Shown here in pieces: positions 9,024-17,580 of a stretch of 54,058 nucleotides of DNA. Numbering within the stretch: position 1 is the first letter of the stretch; the number at the start of each line of letters is the position of its first letter. This DNA is from a virus (lineage: Duplodnaviria > Caudoviricetes). The notes under the pieces were generated by a model. That model saw nothing but the letters and a program-made list of their open reading frames with translations. It was not told where the DNA came from and searched no databases. The stretch is taken from IMG/VR virus record IMGVR_UViG_3300031776_000001, positions 1 to 54,058 of that record. One strand, written 5' to 3'. The position numbers and the translations under genes were made by a program.

Positions 9024-9184
9024 CCCATGGGATCCCATTGGCTACCTGGATACCAGCTGCTATCGAACTAGTACCATGATACCCATGGGTATCTAGAGGC
9101 CCCTTATGGTTCCTATATGGGGCTCGATGTGTTCAAACGAAATTCAGGTGGATCCCAGGGAGCAGGATGTAACCTGGTAGCAGC

Positions 9185-9214
9185 TTGCACTGGGTGACCC
9201 TGTTGTGCTATGCT
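9185..9214 (+). promoter_or_regulatory. Possible extended -10 promoter
   Basis: TTGCAC-18 nt-TATGCT with TG upstream of the -10. Confidence 0.4.
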
Positions 9215-9283
9215 CTGCTCTGGGGCGCAGGTACAGGAGCCAGAGGGGGCAGCGCTGGTAGCCAAGGATCCTGGAGGAGACTC

Positions 9284-9312
9284 TTGACAGCGGAGCGGTT
9301 TTCAGGTATCTT
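9284..9312 (+). promoter_or_regulatory. sigma70-type promoter of the replication operon
   Basis: TTGACA-17 nt-TATCTT, 45 nt upstream of ATG 9357 (AAGGAGG RBS). Confidence 0.7.
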
Positions 9313-9356
9313 ACGGGTAGCGGCGGCGCAGAGGCACTGGTGACAAGGAGGGTGCC

Positions 9357-9929
9357 ATGGAGGAGCGAACCAGACGCGAGAACCGGCAGCTCCCGAGTAT
9401 CCAGATCCGGACACGTGGCCAGGTGCAGCAGGTGTACCGGTACCGGGATGTCCTGAACTTGGCGTACCAGCATGGGCTGGTAGCTTTTGAGCAGGCAGCA
9501 CCGGTGCAGGTGGTGATGGTGCCCTCGCAGCGAGAGCCTGGCAAGATGATCCCGCTCTTTATCAGTGAAGTGTACGCCATCTTCCGCAACAGCGATGGCT
9601 CTCTGGTGCGGTTCCACGGTGTGGGTGACTGCAGCTACGAGAATGCGCAGCCCAACGTGGCGGCAGCTGGGCCTCGCATGGCCCACACACGGGCCAAGGC
9701 CAGGGCACTGGCGGATGCATTGAACCTGGATGCCAACCTCAGCGAGGAGTTCGACCTCTCGGAGGATACCTCGGGATCCACACAGGAGGCAACGGCAGGT
9801 CCAGGTAGTCGCAACAGTGCTGAGCCACGCTGCTCTCGCTGTGGCAGCCCGATGAGTCAGCGCAGCGCCGAGTACTCGCTGCGGGTGCGGGGTGAGCTGG
9901 TCTGCTACCGTTGTGCGAAGGGTTCCTGA
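9357..9929 (+). CDS. Putative single-strand annealing protein (Rad52/Sak-like) with C-terminal Zn finger
   Basis: FHGVGDCS..N...RMAHTRAKARALADALNL motif, plus CSRC...CYRC; first gene of the replication operon. Confidence 0.6.
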   Translation: MEERTRRENRQLPSIQIRTRGQVQQVYRYRDVLNLAYQHGLVAFEQAAPVQVVMVPSQREPGKMIPLFISEVYAIFRNSDGSLVRFHGVGDCSYENAQPNVAAAGPRMAHTRAKARALADALNLDANLSEEFDLSEDTSGSTQEATAGPGSRNSAEPRCSRCGSPMSQRSAEYSLRVRGELVCYRCAKGS

Positions 9930-9930
9930 C

Positions 9931-10779
9931 GTGAGTGACCCGGTACTCCGTGTACTCGAGATCATCGAGGTCCTCCATGCTCATGAGGACGGCCTCCGCC
10001 CCCTCGACCACCGGCGCTACCAGCAGCTTCTCCAGGAGCTGGAGCGCAATCTGCGGGAGGCCTTTCCCAGCTACGCAGAGCGGATCCCCGAGATCTTGGC
10101 AGCGCTGCGCGGCGGACCAGCTCCCCTGCCTCCGCGCTGGTGGGAAGGAGGTTGGGAGATGACAGCGCCCTCGCCGGAGGAGATCCTGCTCTCGGTGGTG
10201 CTGGGGCAGCGGGATCCACGCTACCTCCCAGAGGACTCGCGGGATCCGCTGGGTGACGCTTACCGTGAACACGTGGCGAGTCATGAGCTTCCCGCACCTG
10301 GTTCACCCGTGCTCTTCGTGCTCTTGCTCCTGGTGGAAGCGCTGCTCTGGGGCTTCTACCGTTTTCGCCTGGTGCGGAGCGGTAAGTTGCAGGGGATGCG
10401 CGAGGTGTTGCGGGAGCGCTATGGTGCCAGCGAGGGGTTCCTGGAAGGCATGTCCACCCTCTCGCGGCGTTACCAGGGGATGGGCTGGGGAGAGCTCCTG
10501 GGGGCGTTTCTCTCCCTCCCTGGTGCTGCTGAGATCCTGGACCGGATGTTGACGCTCTACGGTGATCTTCTGGTGGCCAAAGGGGTGGAGAACTCCGTGG
10601 TGGCCCCAGCTCCGGTGCCGGAGCAGACCACCAACTGGTTGCGGAGTCGCCTCCTGGCGGTGTATCATACAGCGGGCAACGTGAGCCTGGCGGCCAAGGC
10701 GATGCGGATGCGGAAGGCAGCGGCGACGGCTCTGATACGCGAAATGGAGGGCAAAGATGAGCAAGCGCAAGCAAGCTGA
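9931..10779 (+). CDS. Hypothetical protein with C-terminal HTH (possible second in-frame start at 10159)
   Basis: GNVSLAAKAMRMRK Fis-like HTH at the C-terminus; internal GAAGGAGGT followed by ATG. Confidence 0.6.
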   Translation: MSDPVLRVLEIIEVLHAHEDGLRPLDHRRYQQLLQELERNLREAFPSYAERIPEILAALRGGPAPLPPRWWEGGWEMTAPSPEEILLSVVLGQRDPRYLPEDSRDPLGDAYREHVASHELPAPGSPVLFVLLLLVEALLWGFYRFRLVRSGKLQGMREVLRERYGASEGFLEGMSTLSRRYQGMGWGELLGAFLSLPGAAEILDRMLTLYGDLLVAKGVENSVVAPAPVPEQTTNWLRSRLLAVYHTAGNVSLAAKAMRMRKAAATALIREMEGKDEQAQAS

Positions 10780-11308
10780 GGCGGCAGTTCTGGAGCAGCA
10801 GGAGGCAGTCATGGAGAACCCGAAGCGGGAGCTCCTCGAGGCGTATCTGCCGGATGGGTTGGATAGCGACACCAGCAACCGGATCTTGGATGCCCTGAGC
10901 ATCTTGAGGCAGTTTACACCCGAAGAGCTTCAGCGCCTGGAGACGGCGGCTCTGCTCTTGATGCTGGAGCGCATGCACCTGATGGTGGAGCGACTGGGCC
11001 AGATGGTCACGGAGCTCTCCTTGAGCGAGGTCGCTCCAGTGGCCAAGAGCGATGGAGTTTCCGGTGGTTTCGACGCCGTCTACTTCCGTGGCCGCATCCT
11101 CCAGGAGCTGGGTGTCGAGCCAGACGACACCACTCTGGAGCGAGTGGCACAACTGGCAGGGGATCCCAGTCGCCTGGAGCGTGCCATCATGGCTACCCGC
11201 AAGTACCTCGATTACACGGAGGTGGAGAGTCCTCTCGGGGTGCTGATCAACAAGCTCCGCCGCTGGCAAGAGATGGACATCGCCAACGGCAAGCGGCAGC
11301 GCTACTAG
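10757..11308 (+). CDS. Hypothetical protein, possible replication initiator or helicase loader
   Basis: GGAGG RBS; C-terminal YL....ESPLGVLINKL resembles DnaD/Rep C-termini; adjacent to the helicase. Confidence 0.6.
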   Translation: MSKRKQAEAAVLEQQEAVMENPKRELLEAYLPDGLDSDTSNRILDALSILRQFTPEELQRLETAALLLMLERMHLMVERLGQMVTELSLSEVAPVAKSDGVSGGFDAVYFRGRILQELGVEPDDTTLERVAQLAGDPSRLERAIMATRKYLDYTEVESPLGVLINKLRRWQEMDIANGKRQRY

Positions 11309-11341
11309 AGCCGCGAGTACCACGGTAGCGAGGGTGCGGGC

Positions 11342-13036
11342 ATGAGGATCTGGCGAATCGCGAAGGGTGTGCTGCAGCAAGAAGAGCAGTGGGTGCAAAC
11401 GCCGCTGCAGCCGCGAGGGGTGCCGACGGGGCTGAGTGCCCTCGATGCGTTGACCCATGGGCTCCGCCCTCGCGAGGTGACGCTGCTGGCAGCCCGCACC
11501 AGCCATGGCAAATCGGCGTTGGCGCTGACCATCGCCATCAACGTCCTCAAGTGGGAAGTGCTGCGCAGCCTCAGGAAGAATCGCCAGCCGGGGCGGGTGC
11601 TGTACCTCTCGCCGGAGATGCACCCAGAGCAGCTGGTCATGCGCCTGGCCTCTGCCGAGAGCCGGGTGGACCTGGAGCTGATCCAGGATGGAGTAGCGCC
11701 GCCGAAGGAGCGACAGCGCTGGCGCGAGGCACTCATGGCGCTGGAGCCGCTGGATCCCTACCTGGTCATCGAGGGTGGCCATGCTATGGACATCACCGAC
11801 GTCGAGTCGCAGATCCGGAGCCACCATGCTGAGCACCCGCTGGTGCTGGTAGTTATCGACTACCTCCAGCGGCTGAGCTATGGCGTCGTCGATGACGATT
11901 ACCGACGCTATTCGCTGATCTCCCAGACCATCAAGGACCTGGCCAACGAAATCGCGGTGCCCTTCTTGGTGGTGTCTCAGCTCAACCGCCAAATCGAAAG
12001 AGACCGCCACCAGATGGACCGGATGCCAGACCTCTCGGATCTTCGTGGCTCCGGGAGGCTGGAAGAGGATGCCGACAACGTCTGGCTCCTCTGGCGTCCT
12101 CCCAAGCTCTCAGCGGAGAGTTCTGGCGCACCGCAGAGCGCCAAGATCCTGGTGGCCAAGGCGCGGAGCGGCAGGGTAGGTGAGGTGGAGCTCTGGTTCT
12201 ACCCGCGCACTGTCAGCTTCATGGATGCCGGTGCCGGGAGGGTGCGGGCTGATGGAGGTCTAGCGGTCCACTCGGTGGCCGGTGAGCCCTTGCCCAGCCT
12301 CGTGGAGTTAGCGCGGATGCTGCGAGGTGATCAGGGGCCAGTGCCGCCACCAGCTGCACCTGATCCGGTCACCTCATCACCTGATCCAGCGGGGAGCCAG
12401 TTGGTGGCGGATGACGATGGCACAACGGCTCCAGATGCTGGTAACCGAGGTTACCGGAGAGCAGCGTCGGGCACGAGTGTGCTCCAGGCTCTCGATGAGC
12501 TGGCCGAGGTCTTCCAGAACTGGCCCCAGCTGTGCAACAACGGTGTTCCTGATAGTTCTGGCTCTGTCCAGGATCCCGCCACCTCCGCGACGCTGGTGCA
12601 AGCCCAGCTCCTGAGCAGCGAGGGCTTGGTCTTCTCGTGTCGGGAGCGGCGCCATCGGCAGACTCCTCGAGACGGCGAGGCCGAAGGGGATCAACCACCC
12701 ACCTCGCTCCGGGCTCCACCCAAGGGGAGGAGACGTGGTGCGGACTTCGAGAAGCGCCTAGCCAAGCGTCTGGGGGCCTACCGCTGGCCAGGGCTGGATG
12801 GCGACATCGAGACGCCGCAGGGGTGGCGCCTCGAGTGCAAGTACCGGGAGGGGCTGGTACTGGACCGCCGTGACGAGTTGCGGAGCTGGTTGGAGCAGGT
12901 GCAAGGGTACGCCAAACTTTGGCCACCGGGGAAACGCTGGGCACTCGCGCTCACTGGTGGGCGGAGTTACCGGCGGGGGCAGGTGTATGTGCTGATGCCG
13001 CTGGAATTCTGGTGGGAACTGGTATGCGGTACGTGA
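11342..13036 (+). CDS. dnaB: DnaB-like SF4 helicase fused to Hjc-like PD-(D/E)XK nuclease
   Basis: Helicase motifs AARTSHGKS, SPEM, IDYLQ, SQLNR, DLRGSGRLEEDAD, KARSG; low-complexity linker; then RGADFEKRLA...GDI...LECK. Confidence 0.88.
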   Translation: MRIWRIAKGVLQQEEQWVQTPLQPRGVPTGLSALDALTHGLRPREVTLLAARTSHGKSALALTIAINVLKWEVLRSLRKNRQPGRVLYLSPEMHPEQLVMRLASAESRVDLELIQDGVAPPKERQRWREALMALEPLDPYLVIEGGHAMDITDVESQIRSHHAEHPLVLVVIDYLQRLSYGVVDDDYRRYSLISQTIKDLANEIAVPFLVVSQLNRQIERDRHQMDRMPDLSDLRGSGRLEEDADNVWLLWRPPKLSAESSGAPQSAKILVAKARSGRVGEVELWFYPRTVSFMDAGAGRVRADGGLAVHSVAGEPLPSLVELARMLRGDQGPVPPPAAPDPVTSSPDPAGSQLVADDDGTTAPDAGNRGYRRAASGTSVLQALDELAEVFQNWPQLCNNGVPDSSGSVQDPATSATLVQAQLLSSEGLVFSCRERRHRQTPRDGEAEGDQPPTSLRAPPKGRRRGADFEKRLAKRLGAYRWPGLDGDIETPQGWRLECKYREGLVLDRRDELRSWLEQVQGYAKLWPPGKRWALALTGGRSYRRGQVYVLMPLEFWWELVCGT

Positions 13037-13644
13037 GGCTGGAACCTGGTGAACTCGAAGAGTTGTGGCGGATCGCTGGGGCCATCGAGGAGTCGAAGCT
13101 GCACCTGCCCTCGCCGGACTGGGGTGTCAACACCCTGGAGTCGCGTTTCCTGTCGCTCTGTGCAGAGCGTTGTGTGGCGCGTTTGTTGGGTTGTGCACAC
13201 GAGGTCGAGGTGTTGCCAGCTGGTGATGGCGGGATTGACCTGGTGCTGCCACGGGAGACGGTGTATGGCAGAACCGTCGAGGTCAAGTTCCGGCGGAATC
13301 GCAAGTCCGATATCGCCACTGCCACCATCCGTTTCTGGGAGGAGCTGGTGGCCGACATCTATGTCCTGGTGTGGCCTGCGGCAGAACAGGGGTGGTTGCC
13401 AGATCAGGGATTCACTGTGGTAGGGTTTGCGACGCGGCGGCAGTTCCATGAGCGGATCCTGGCCCGCCCTCCAGTGCGCATGAAGGGTGAGAAGTGGGAG
13501 ATCCCCTGGCAGGATCTGGTACCCATCGAGGTGCTGATAGCGGAGGTGCGACATGAAGCCACTCATCGCCTTAGCGGGGAAGTCGGGAGCCGGGAAGACG
13601 ACGCTGGCCGAGGCGCTGGCGGAGCGCTATCGGATCCCGCGTGA
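13024..13644 (+). CDS. Putative PD-(D/E)XK nuclease-fold protein
   Basis: AE....GDGGIDL....VEVK...DIYVLV pattern; start trimmed to ATG 13024. Confidence 0.6.
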   Translation: MRYVRLEPGELEELWRIAGAIEESKLHLPSPDWGVNTLESRFLSLCAERCVARLLGCAHEVEVLPAGDGGIDLVLPRETVYGRTVEVKFRRNRKSDIATATIRFWEELVADIYVLVWPAAEQGWLPDQGFTVVGFATRRQFHERILARPPVRMKGEKWEIPWQDLVPIEVLIAEVRHEATHRLSGEVGSREDDAGRGAGGALSDPA

Positions 13645-14041
13645 CAACTTTGCGGCGCCGATTCGCTGGGCTCTCATGGAGCTGGGTGTCAAAGCTCCCT
13701 ATCCACGGCAGCTGGCGCAGGGCATCGGCATGCTCCTGCGCGCCTGGAATCCAGACCACTTCATCGAGCTCCTGGCAGAGCGCAGTGGGGATTTCCCACG
13801 CGCTGGACTCGTCATCGATGACCTGCGTTTCCTCAACGAGTACCAGTGGCTCCGGCAGCATGGGTTCCTGGTGGTTTACATCGAGGGGAGCTTCCGTCCT
13901 CTCCAGGGTGCCGAGGCGGAACATGAGAGTGAGACAGCTCTCTCACCCGAGGTGGTTCCCTTCGATTTGGTACTCCCGGCGGGGAGCTCAGTGGCGGAGC
14001 GGGTAGAGGCGATAGTCAGCGTGTTGGATGCCGTGGACTGA
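13553..14041 (+). CDS. Deoxynucleoside monophosphate kinase
   Basis: GKSGAGKTT P-loop, FAAPIR, R.L.Q..G, VIDDLRFLNE, HESE. Confidence 0.88.
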   Translation: MKPLIALAGKSGAGKTTLAEALAERYRIPRDNFAAPIRWALMELGVKAPYPRQLAQGIGMLLRAWNPDHFIELLAERSGDFPRAGLVIDDLRFLNEYQWLRQHGFLVVYIEGSFRPLQGAEAEHESETALSPEVVPFDLVLPAGSSVAERVEAIVSVLDAVD

Positions 14042-14049
14042 GGTGCGGC

Positions 14050-16083
14050 ATGTGGAGCTATCAGCTGGTACGGGAGGTACCAGACCTGCCACCTGGGCCG
14101 GTGGCACTGGATATCGAGACCACTGGCCTCCGCCCTGGTGAGGATCAGGTGGTGGTGATCAGCGTAGCGGCACCGGACCAGGCCTGGGTGGTAGACTGCC
14201 GCGGGTTGGCGCGGGAGGTGATTGCGCACTGGTTGGAGCGGCTCTTTGCCCAGCACCCCATCCTGGTCCACAACGGGATCTTCGATATCGTGTTCCTCCA
14301 GGTGGCCTACGGTGTGGCTGCGCCGCCGGTGGGGCAGCTCTGGGATACCAAGCTGGTGGAAGCGATTCTCGAGGGTGGGGCTGCCGAGGCCACGCTGCAG
14401 GAACTGGCCCAGGAGTACTTGGGCCTGGCTCTCGACAAGTCGTGGCAGACCAGTTTCGAGGGTGGGGGCGACCTCAGCGAGGAGCAGGTGCGCTACGCGG
14501 CGTATGATGCGTTGGTGCTCCATGGGATCCAGGTGGGGCAACACCGGCGGTTACGAGACCAGAGCCATCTCTGGCGCATCGTGGCACTGGAACATCGTGT
14601 GGCGCCAGCTTTCTGGGAGATGCAGCGCCGCGGGGTGGCAGTGGACCTGGCAGTCCTCGAGGAAGAAGCACGACGCTGGCGGAGCGAGTGTGACCTGATC
14701 AGGGTGCAGCTGGAGCGTCGGCTCACCCGACGCGTCATCTCCCTCCGCGAGGGGAAGGTGGCTCAGTCTGAGGAGGAGCTAGCACAGTGGAACCAGGCAC
14801 TCGAGGCGGAGGTGGCCCGCTGCGAGGAGGAGTGGCGCCAGCGGCGGGATGATCCTGGCTGGGTGGCGAGTCTCGAGGCTGCCTGGATCGGCTACCAGGT
14901 CACCGAGAAGACAGTGGTGACTCGCGAGGAGATCCAGCGCTGGTTGGATCCGGACAAGGGGCTCCGCCGCTACTTGGAGCGGGTGCGGCAGCGTTTCCGG
15001 CGGGAGCATCCCCGGCCCAAGGTTCCGCGCATCGATGTCTGGGCACCCATCAACCTGCTCTCGTCGCAGCAACTCCTCGAGGCCTTGAATGGGGAACTTG
15101 CGGAGGCAGGGCTACCCCGCATCGAGACCACGGAGTCCAAGGTGCTGCGCAGCCTCCTGGGCCGGTATGAGGATCTGGACCGGGAGGTGTTGCGCCCCCT
15201 CTTGCGCTACAAGGAGTTGGAGAAGCTTCTCGACTTCGTGGAGCAGATCCGGGAGTACACCCGTGGCGGGGTGCTCTATCCTGACTGGCAGCAGATTGGC
15301 GCTGCCACCGGGAGGGCCTCATGCCGGAACCCCAACCTCATGGCGCAGCCGAAGTCAGCTGGCTTCCGGCGGGCCTTCGTAGCGCGGGATGGTCATGTCC
15401 TGATCACGGCGGACTACTCCCAAATCGAGCTCCGGATCATGGCGGCACTCTCAGGGGATCCAGCGATGGTGCGGGCCTTCGTGGAGGGGCAGGACCTGCA
15501 CCGTCTCACCGCCTCGCGGATCTTTCGGGTGCCAGAGGACCAGGTGACGGAGCGGCAGCGCAAGATCGGCAAGCAGGTCAACTTCGGCACCTTGTATGGG
15601 ATGGGGGCGCGGCGGCTGGTGGCAGAGCTGGCAGCGCAGGGGATCAGCATCACCCTCGAGGAGGCTCAGCAGGCGCTGGAGAGCTGGCGGAGGACCTACC
15701 GGCAAGCGGCTCAGTGGATCCGGGAGCGGGGTGAGGAGGCGGCAAAACATGGTGCCGTCTCCACGGCATTGGGCAGGATTCGCAGTTTCCCCAAGCCCCG
15801 CGATGCAGCGGAGGCGGCAGCCATCGCGAGGCGGGGTGGAAATTTGCCCATCCAGGGCACCGCTGCCGATATCATGAAGCTGGCCATGAGCGAGCTCACT
15901 GGTCTCGGGATGGTGCTCCAGGTGCATGATGAGCTGGTCCTCGAGGTACCGGCGGCGGAGGCCGAGGAGCTGGCAGTGGTCATCGAGGAGATGATGCGAG
16001 AGTGTGCTGAAGCGGTTCTCGAGGGGTTTCCCGTGGACGTCGATGTCAGAGTAGGTCAGACCTGGGCGGAGGCAGCAGAATGA
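14050..16083 (+). CDS. polA: Family A DNA polymerase with 3'-5' exonuclease (no 5' nuclease)
   Basis: Exo motifs DIETTG, HNGIFD, YAAYD; polymerase motifs TGR.S..PNL, ADYSQIELR, KQVNFGTLYG, N.PIQGTAAD, QVHDE. Confidence 0.97.
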   Translation: MWSYQLVREVPDLPPGPVALDIETTGLRPGEDQVVVISVAAPDQAWVVDCRGLAREVIAHWLERLFAQHPILVHNGIFDIVFLQVAYGVAAPPVGQLWDTKLVEAILEGGAAEATLQELAQEYLGLALDKSWQTSFEGGGDLSEEQVRYAAYDALVLHGIQVGQHRRLRDQSHLWRIVALEHRVAPAFWEMQRRGVAVDLAVLEEEARRWRSECDLIRVQLERRLTRRVISLREGKVAQSEEELAQWNQALEAEVARCEEEWRQRRDDPGWVASLEAAWIGYQVTEKTVVTREEIQRWLDPDKGLRRYLERVRQRFRREHPRPKVPRIDVWAPINLLSSQQLLEALNGELAEAGLPRIETTESKVLRSLLGRYEDLDREVLRPLLRYKELEKLLDFVEQIREYTRGGVLYPDWQQIGAATGRASCRNPNLMAQPKSAGFRRAFVARDGHVLITADYSQIELRIMAALSGDPAMVRAFVEGQDLHRLTASRIFRVPEDQVTERQRKIGKQVNFGTLYGMGARRLVAELAAQGISITLEEAQQALESWRRTYRQAAQWIRERGEEAAKHGAVSTALGRIRSFPKPRDAAEAAAIARRGGNLPIQGTAADIMKLAMSELTGLGMVLQVHDELVLEVPAAEAEELAVVIEEMMRECAEAVLEGFPVDVDVRVGQTWAEAAE

Positions 16084-16478
16084 GCCGGATACCGCAGAGT
16101 GTGCTCATCGCAGGACTCCGGTATCGCGTGGTGCTGGAGGAGGAGATGGTCAGTGACGAAGGTGTGGAGATCCTGGGGCAACACGATTACGGGAGACTGC
16201 AGCTCAAGCTGTCGCTGGCAGCGGATCCCGAGGTGCGCCCCTTCGTCTTGCTCCATGAGGTGCTCCATGCCTGCGTCACGGTGAGTGGTGGCGACTCGCA
16301 CCAGGAGGAGGCGCTGGTGGCGGGCCTCTCGCATGTGCTGTTGCAAGTGCTGCGGGAGAACCCTGATCTGGTGCGGTATCTTTTGGGAAGGTCGGTGCAG
16401 CGAGGTAGCACAGGAAGGAGTGGACACGATGCGGCAGGTTCGGGTACCGCAACGGAGGCTGATGGTGGATCCGCTTGA
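16080..16478 (+). CDS. Small zincin-like (HExxH) protein
   Basis: LLHEVLHA...EE motif; ATGA overlap with polA. Confidence 0.7.
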   Translation: MSRIPQSVLIAGLRYRVVLEEEMVSDEGVEILGQHDYGRLQLKLSLAADPEVRPFVLLHEVLHACVTVSGGDSHQEEALVAGLSHVLLQVLRENPDLVRYLLGRSVQRGSTGRSGHDAAGSGTATEADGGSA

Positions 16479-16680
16479 CGTGGTGGAGCAGATCCGGTGG
16501 GAGATCCTGGAGGCCAACCGGTCTCAAGAGCAGTTGTGGGATCGGCTGGCTCATCTCGGTGAGGCGTTGGATCTGGTGGAGGCTCTCGAGGCAGCGTTGG
16601 AGGAGGCGATTCGGGCTACGGCACTGGATCTCCGGACCTGGGGAGGTGGCGAGGGGGAAGAGCTGGTGGAGGGTGTCTGA
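16429..16680 (+). CDS. Hypothetical coiled-coil protein (83 aa)
   Basis: GAAGGAG RBS before ATG 16429; stop overlaps the primase start. Confidence 0.65.
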   Translation: MRQVRVPQRRLMVDPLDVVEQIRWEILEANRSQEQLWDRLAHLGEALDLVEALEAALEEAIRATALDLRTWGGGEGEELVEGV

Positions 16681-17576
16681 TGGTGGTGCTGGTGCACTGC
16701 CCCTTCCATGACGACTCGACGCCCTCGTTAGCACTGTACCCGGATCACGCCTTCTGCTACGGTGGCTGTGGCTGGATAGAGCTGGAACAGCTACCGGAGG
16801 AACTGAGGAGGTTGGCAGAGCGGCAGGTGCAGACGCAGCACCGCTGTGGCTGTCAGCATCCACCGGAGCGGCTGCTGACTCTGGTGGATCCCTGGGCCTG
16901 GAACCTTCTCGAGGGGCCGCGCCGCCACCGGCTGGCCTGGCTCGAGGCACGGGGCATCGATGCTGCCGCGGCGCGGCGCTTTCGCCTGGGGCACACAGGA
17001 GCTTGGTTCGTGATCCCGGTGTTGCAGGGAAACCAGGTACTGGGAGTCCGCTTCCGCCGAGACCCCTATTACCTCGACGAGGACCAGGGGCCCAGGTATC
17101 GCAACCCGAAAGGGCAACCTGTGCTCCTCTACCGGCCCAACCCTGGTGGCTGGCCGCTGGTGGTGACCGAGGGGGAATTCGATGCCATGTTGCTCTGCCT
17201 GGTAGGGTGCGACGCGGTCACCGCGACAGCTGGTGCGGGGAGCCTGGTGGGCCTCTTGGAGCGAGAGGGGATCCTGGAACAGTATCGGCGGAGTGGTGCC
17301 ACCCTGCATGTGGCGACGGATCAGGATGCGGCGGGAGAGGGGGTAGTGGAACAGCTCTTGGGGCGCGGTGTGGGTGTCTGCCGCTGGCGCTGGGATGGAG
17401 GCAAAGATGTCTCCGAGGTCTTGGCAGGAGTGCCTCGCAGCGAGTGGCCAGTGTTGGTGCGGCGCTGGATGCGCGAGGGTGCCGTGAAGGCTCCTCGGCA
17501 GAGGGTGTCAGCAGGTGTGAGGAGGAGCGCGCTGGAAGGGGGAGCGGATGCCCGCGGTGGGATGGTGGCTGGGTGA
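16680..17576 (+). CDS. DNA primase (CHC2 Zn finger + TOPRIM)
   Basis: CPFHDDSTPS...CYGGC, then VTEGEFDA, DQDAAG, KDVSE. Confidence 0.9.
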   Translation: MVVLVHCPFHDDSTPSLALYPDHAFCYGGCGWIELEQLPEELRRLAERQVQTQHRCGCQHPPERLLTLVDPWAWNLLEGPRRHRLAWLEARGIDAAAARRFRLGHTGAWFVIPVLQGNQVLGVRFRRDPYYLDEDQGPRYRNPKGQPVLLYRPNPGGWPLVVTEGEFDAMLLCLVGCDAVTATAGAGSLVGLLEREGILEQYRRSGATLHVATDQDAAGEGVVEQLLGRGVGVCRWRWDGGKDVSEVLAGVPRSEWPVLVRRWMREGAVKAPRQRVSAGVRRSALEGGADARGGMVAG

Positions 17577-17580
17577 GGAT

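Noticed and set aside
9962-12010. 682-aa minus-strand ORF (and similar long ORFs 34879..36927, 37700..40072, 44229..46169, 51835..53625)
   Set aside because: Antisense shadows of well-supported genes in GC-rich DNA; no motifs.
12225-12720. Intein in DnaB
   Set aside because: The segment lies after the complete helicase core and lacks intein terminal (HN) and LAGLIDADG motifs.
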